DNA of 64,000 nucleotides from Nitrosopumilus sp. (GTDB lineage Archaea; Thermoproteota; Nitrososphaeria; Nitrososphaerales; Nitrosopumilaceae): NCBI GenBank assembly GCA_965204345.1, contig OZ241981.1, positions 1,792,001 to 1,856,000 of the forward strand, read 5' to 3'. Shown piece by piece: positions 62,311 to 64,000 of this stretch (position 1 is its first letter; each line of letters starts with the position of its first letter). The notes under the pieces were generated by a model. It saw only the letters and a program-made list of their open reading frames with translations, ran no database searches and was not told where the DNA came from. The position numbers and the translations under genes were made by a program.

Positions 62311-62814
62311 GATAAGAAATCACAATCAAGTGAACATCATACAAAGTCCATAAACCAAAGCGGTTTATTTCTACAGCTTTTGTGGTAAATGAATTAAAAA
62401 AACACAAAAAGTGGGATATACAGTAACAGATTGTCATCAGGGCATCACCTTTTTTTAGAAATCCTTGGAAACCTAGAAAAGTTGCACCCAGAGAGAACAA
62501 GCATCCGTCATATTCAGATGAATTGATAGCAAAACCCTCTAGTTTTGTAAGAAAAGCAAAGGAATCAAAGACTATACAACGACTAGCGAAACCTCTGTAG
62601 ATATGTTGCACAAAACTAGGTTTTAATCTCAGGCAAAATCACATAAAAAATATTTTTGATACGCAGGCCTAAAATAATCCCTCTACCGCAGAGATATATG
62701 GATGCTGATGATTATCGGAAAAGCCGTCTGATTTTATGATGACGATTATGAGTATTGAGGCATCCTTTTTTGAATAAACTTAAAAAATTTGTCAAACTGA
62801 CTATTTTTTAGACT

Positions 62815-63504
62815 ATGAAACTTGCTTCTCTTTTTTCAGGTGGAAAGGATAGCACGTATGCAATTTACAAGGCACAAAAGCAGGGACATGAAATATCCTG
62901 TATACTGAGCATGCTTCCAAAATCTGACGAAAGTCATTTGTTACATTATCCAAACATGCAATGGACAAAGTTACAGTGTGAATCTATGAATATTCCTCAA
63001 TTAAGCATTGGCTTGGATTCTGATAATTCTGATGATGAGCTGTCTTCTCTTGAAAAATTACTAGTCCGCGCCATGGATGAATTTGACATGGATGGCCTAG
63101 TCCATGGTGGGATAAAAAGCAAATTTCAAAAAGATAATTTTGAAAAAGTTTGTTCAAAATTGGACCTGATTGCATTTGCGCCATTATGGAATATGGATTC
63201 AGAGCAATACATGAACCAATTAGTTGATTCTAATTTTGATTTCATTGTTACTGCCGTCTCTTCTGCAGGACTGGATGATTCTTGGCTGGGAAAAAATGTT
63301 TCACAGTCTGATATCCCTTTGTTGAAATCTCTGTCTGAAAAATTCGGCTTTAATCTGAATTTTGAGGGAGGCGAGGCTGAAACTTTTGTAGTCAACTGCC
63401 CTCTTTTTACCAACTCGATCAAAATTAATCAATTCGAAAAAACATGGGATGGGTATAGGGGAAGGTTTCAAATAGTGGATGCGGAGTTAAATTACAATGC
63501 TTGA
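62815..63504 (+). CDS. Diphthine--ammonia ligase (Dph6-like ATP pyrophosphatase)
   Basis: SLFSGGKDS PP-loop, APLW, EGGEAETFV..CPLF. Confidence 0.9.
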   Translation: MKLASLFSGGKDSTYAIYKAQKQGHEISCILSMLPKSDESHLLHYPNMQWTKLQCESMNIPQLSIGLDSDNSDDELSSLEKLLVRAMDEFDMDGLVHGGIKSKFQKDNFEKVCSKLDLIAFAPLWNMDSEQYMNQLVDSNFDFIVTAVSSAGLDDSWLGKNVSQSDIPLLKSLSEKFGFNLNFEGGEAETFVVNCPLFTNSIKINQFEKTWDGYRGRFQIVDAELNYNA

Positions 63505-64000
63505 TGGCCTTAAGACTAGTTTGGGTGACGCAATCAAAAGAATTGTAAAATCTTCAGGCATAGATGACGAACTTATCAAGGATTTGTCTAAAGATGTACA
63601 GAGGGCATTGCTTCACTCTGATGTTGAGGCTAATCTTGTCTTTGAAATTACTAAACGTCTTACAGATCGCGCATTACACGAAACCCCTCCTCCCGGCCTC
63701 TCACGTAAGGATCATATTGTTAAGATTCTGTATGACGAACTCTCAAAATTACTTGGAACTGAATCTGAATTTGATTTTAAACCTGGCAGGCAAAATAAAA
63801 TTATTTTATTGGGTGTTCAGGGCAGTGGCAAAACTACTGTTGCATCAAAGCTTGCCAAATTCCTAACCCGTCAGGGATACAAAGTTGGGGTGGTCGGCGC
63901 TGATACTTATCGTCCGGGCGCACTAGTCCAACTTCGAACCATGTGTGAAAAATCCAATGTTGAAGTATACGGTGAAGAAAACAACAAAGATTCTCCTAAC
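63497..64000 (+). CDS. srp54: Signal recognition particle protein SRP54 (runs off the window end)
   Basis: Manual translation MLDGLKTSLGDAIKRIV...DVQRALLHSDV...LLGVQGSGKTT...ADTYRPGALVQL. Confidence 0.95.
   Translation, partial: MLDGLKTSLGDAIKRIVKSSGIDDELIKDLSKDVQRALLHSDVEANLVFEITKRLTDRALHETPPPGLSRKDHIVKILYDELSKLLGTESEFDFKPGRQNKIILLGVQGSGKTTVASKLAKFLTRQGYKVGVVGADTYRPGALVQLRTMCEKSNVEVYGEENNKDSPN

Overview
Chromosomal window from an ammonia-oxidising archaeon (Nitrososphaerota, Nitrosopumilaceae-like). The assignment rests on TFB, SRP19, rps8e, ScpA/B, aIF-1A, aIF-5A, SRP54, an intron-containing tRNA-Tyr and a DUR3-urease cluster; the load of giant surface proteins and pseudogenes suggests a host-associated lineage (inference). 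Three accessory islands interrupt the housekeeping backbone. (1) ~2.7-13.6 kb: RelBE-type toxin-antitoxin pair, IS6-family remnant, a ~2 kb tandem duplication with patchy hypervariability, and a catalytically dead metzincin-like surface protein. (2) ~27.1-42.1 kb: a 15 kb island between ureCBA and ureEFGD, bounded by ~430 bp inverted repeats. It carries an array of two-gene cassettes (secreted protease or Cys-rich precursor plus a coupled membrane-anchored partner); four start from the same ~250 bp promoter and similar signal-peptide start, and there are orphan C-terminus+partner modules, reminiscent of polymorphic effector/immunity arrays. It also holds a two-component module preceded by an iteron-like repeat array. 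(3) ~48.4-62.8 kb: a 2660-aa HEXXH/Ig-repeat surface protein between short direct repeats, an IS481 with a long target duplication, and an amber-interrupted subtilase. All calls come from motif recognition by eye; no database searches were run.
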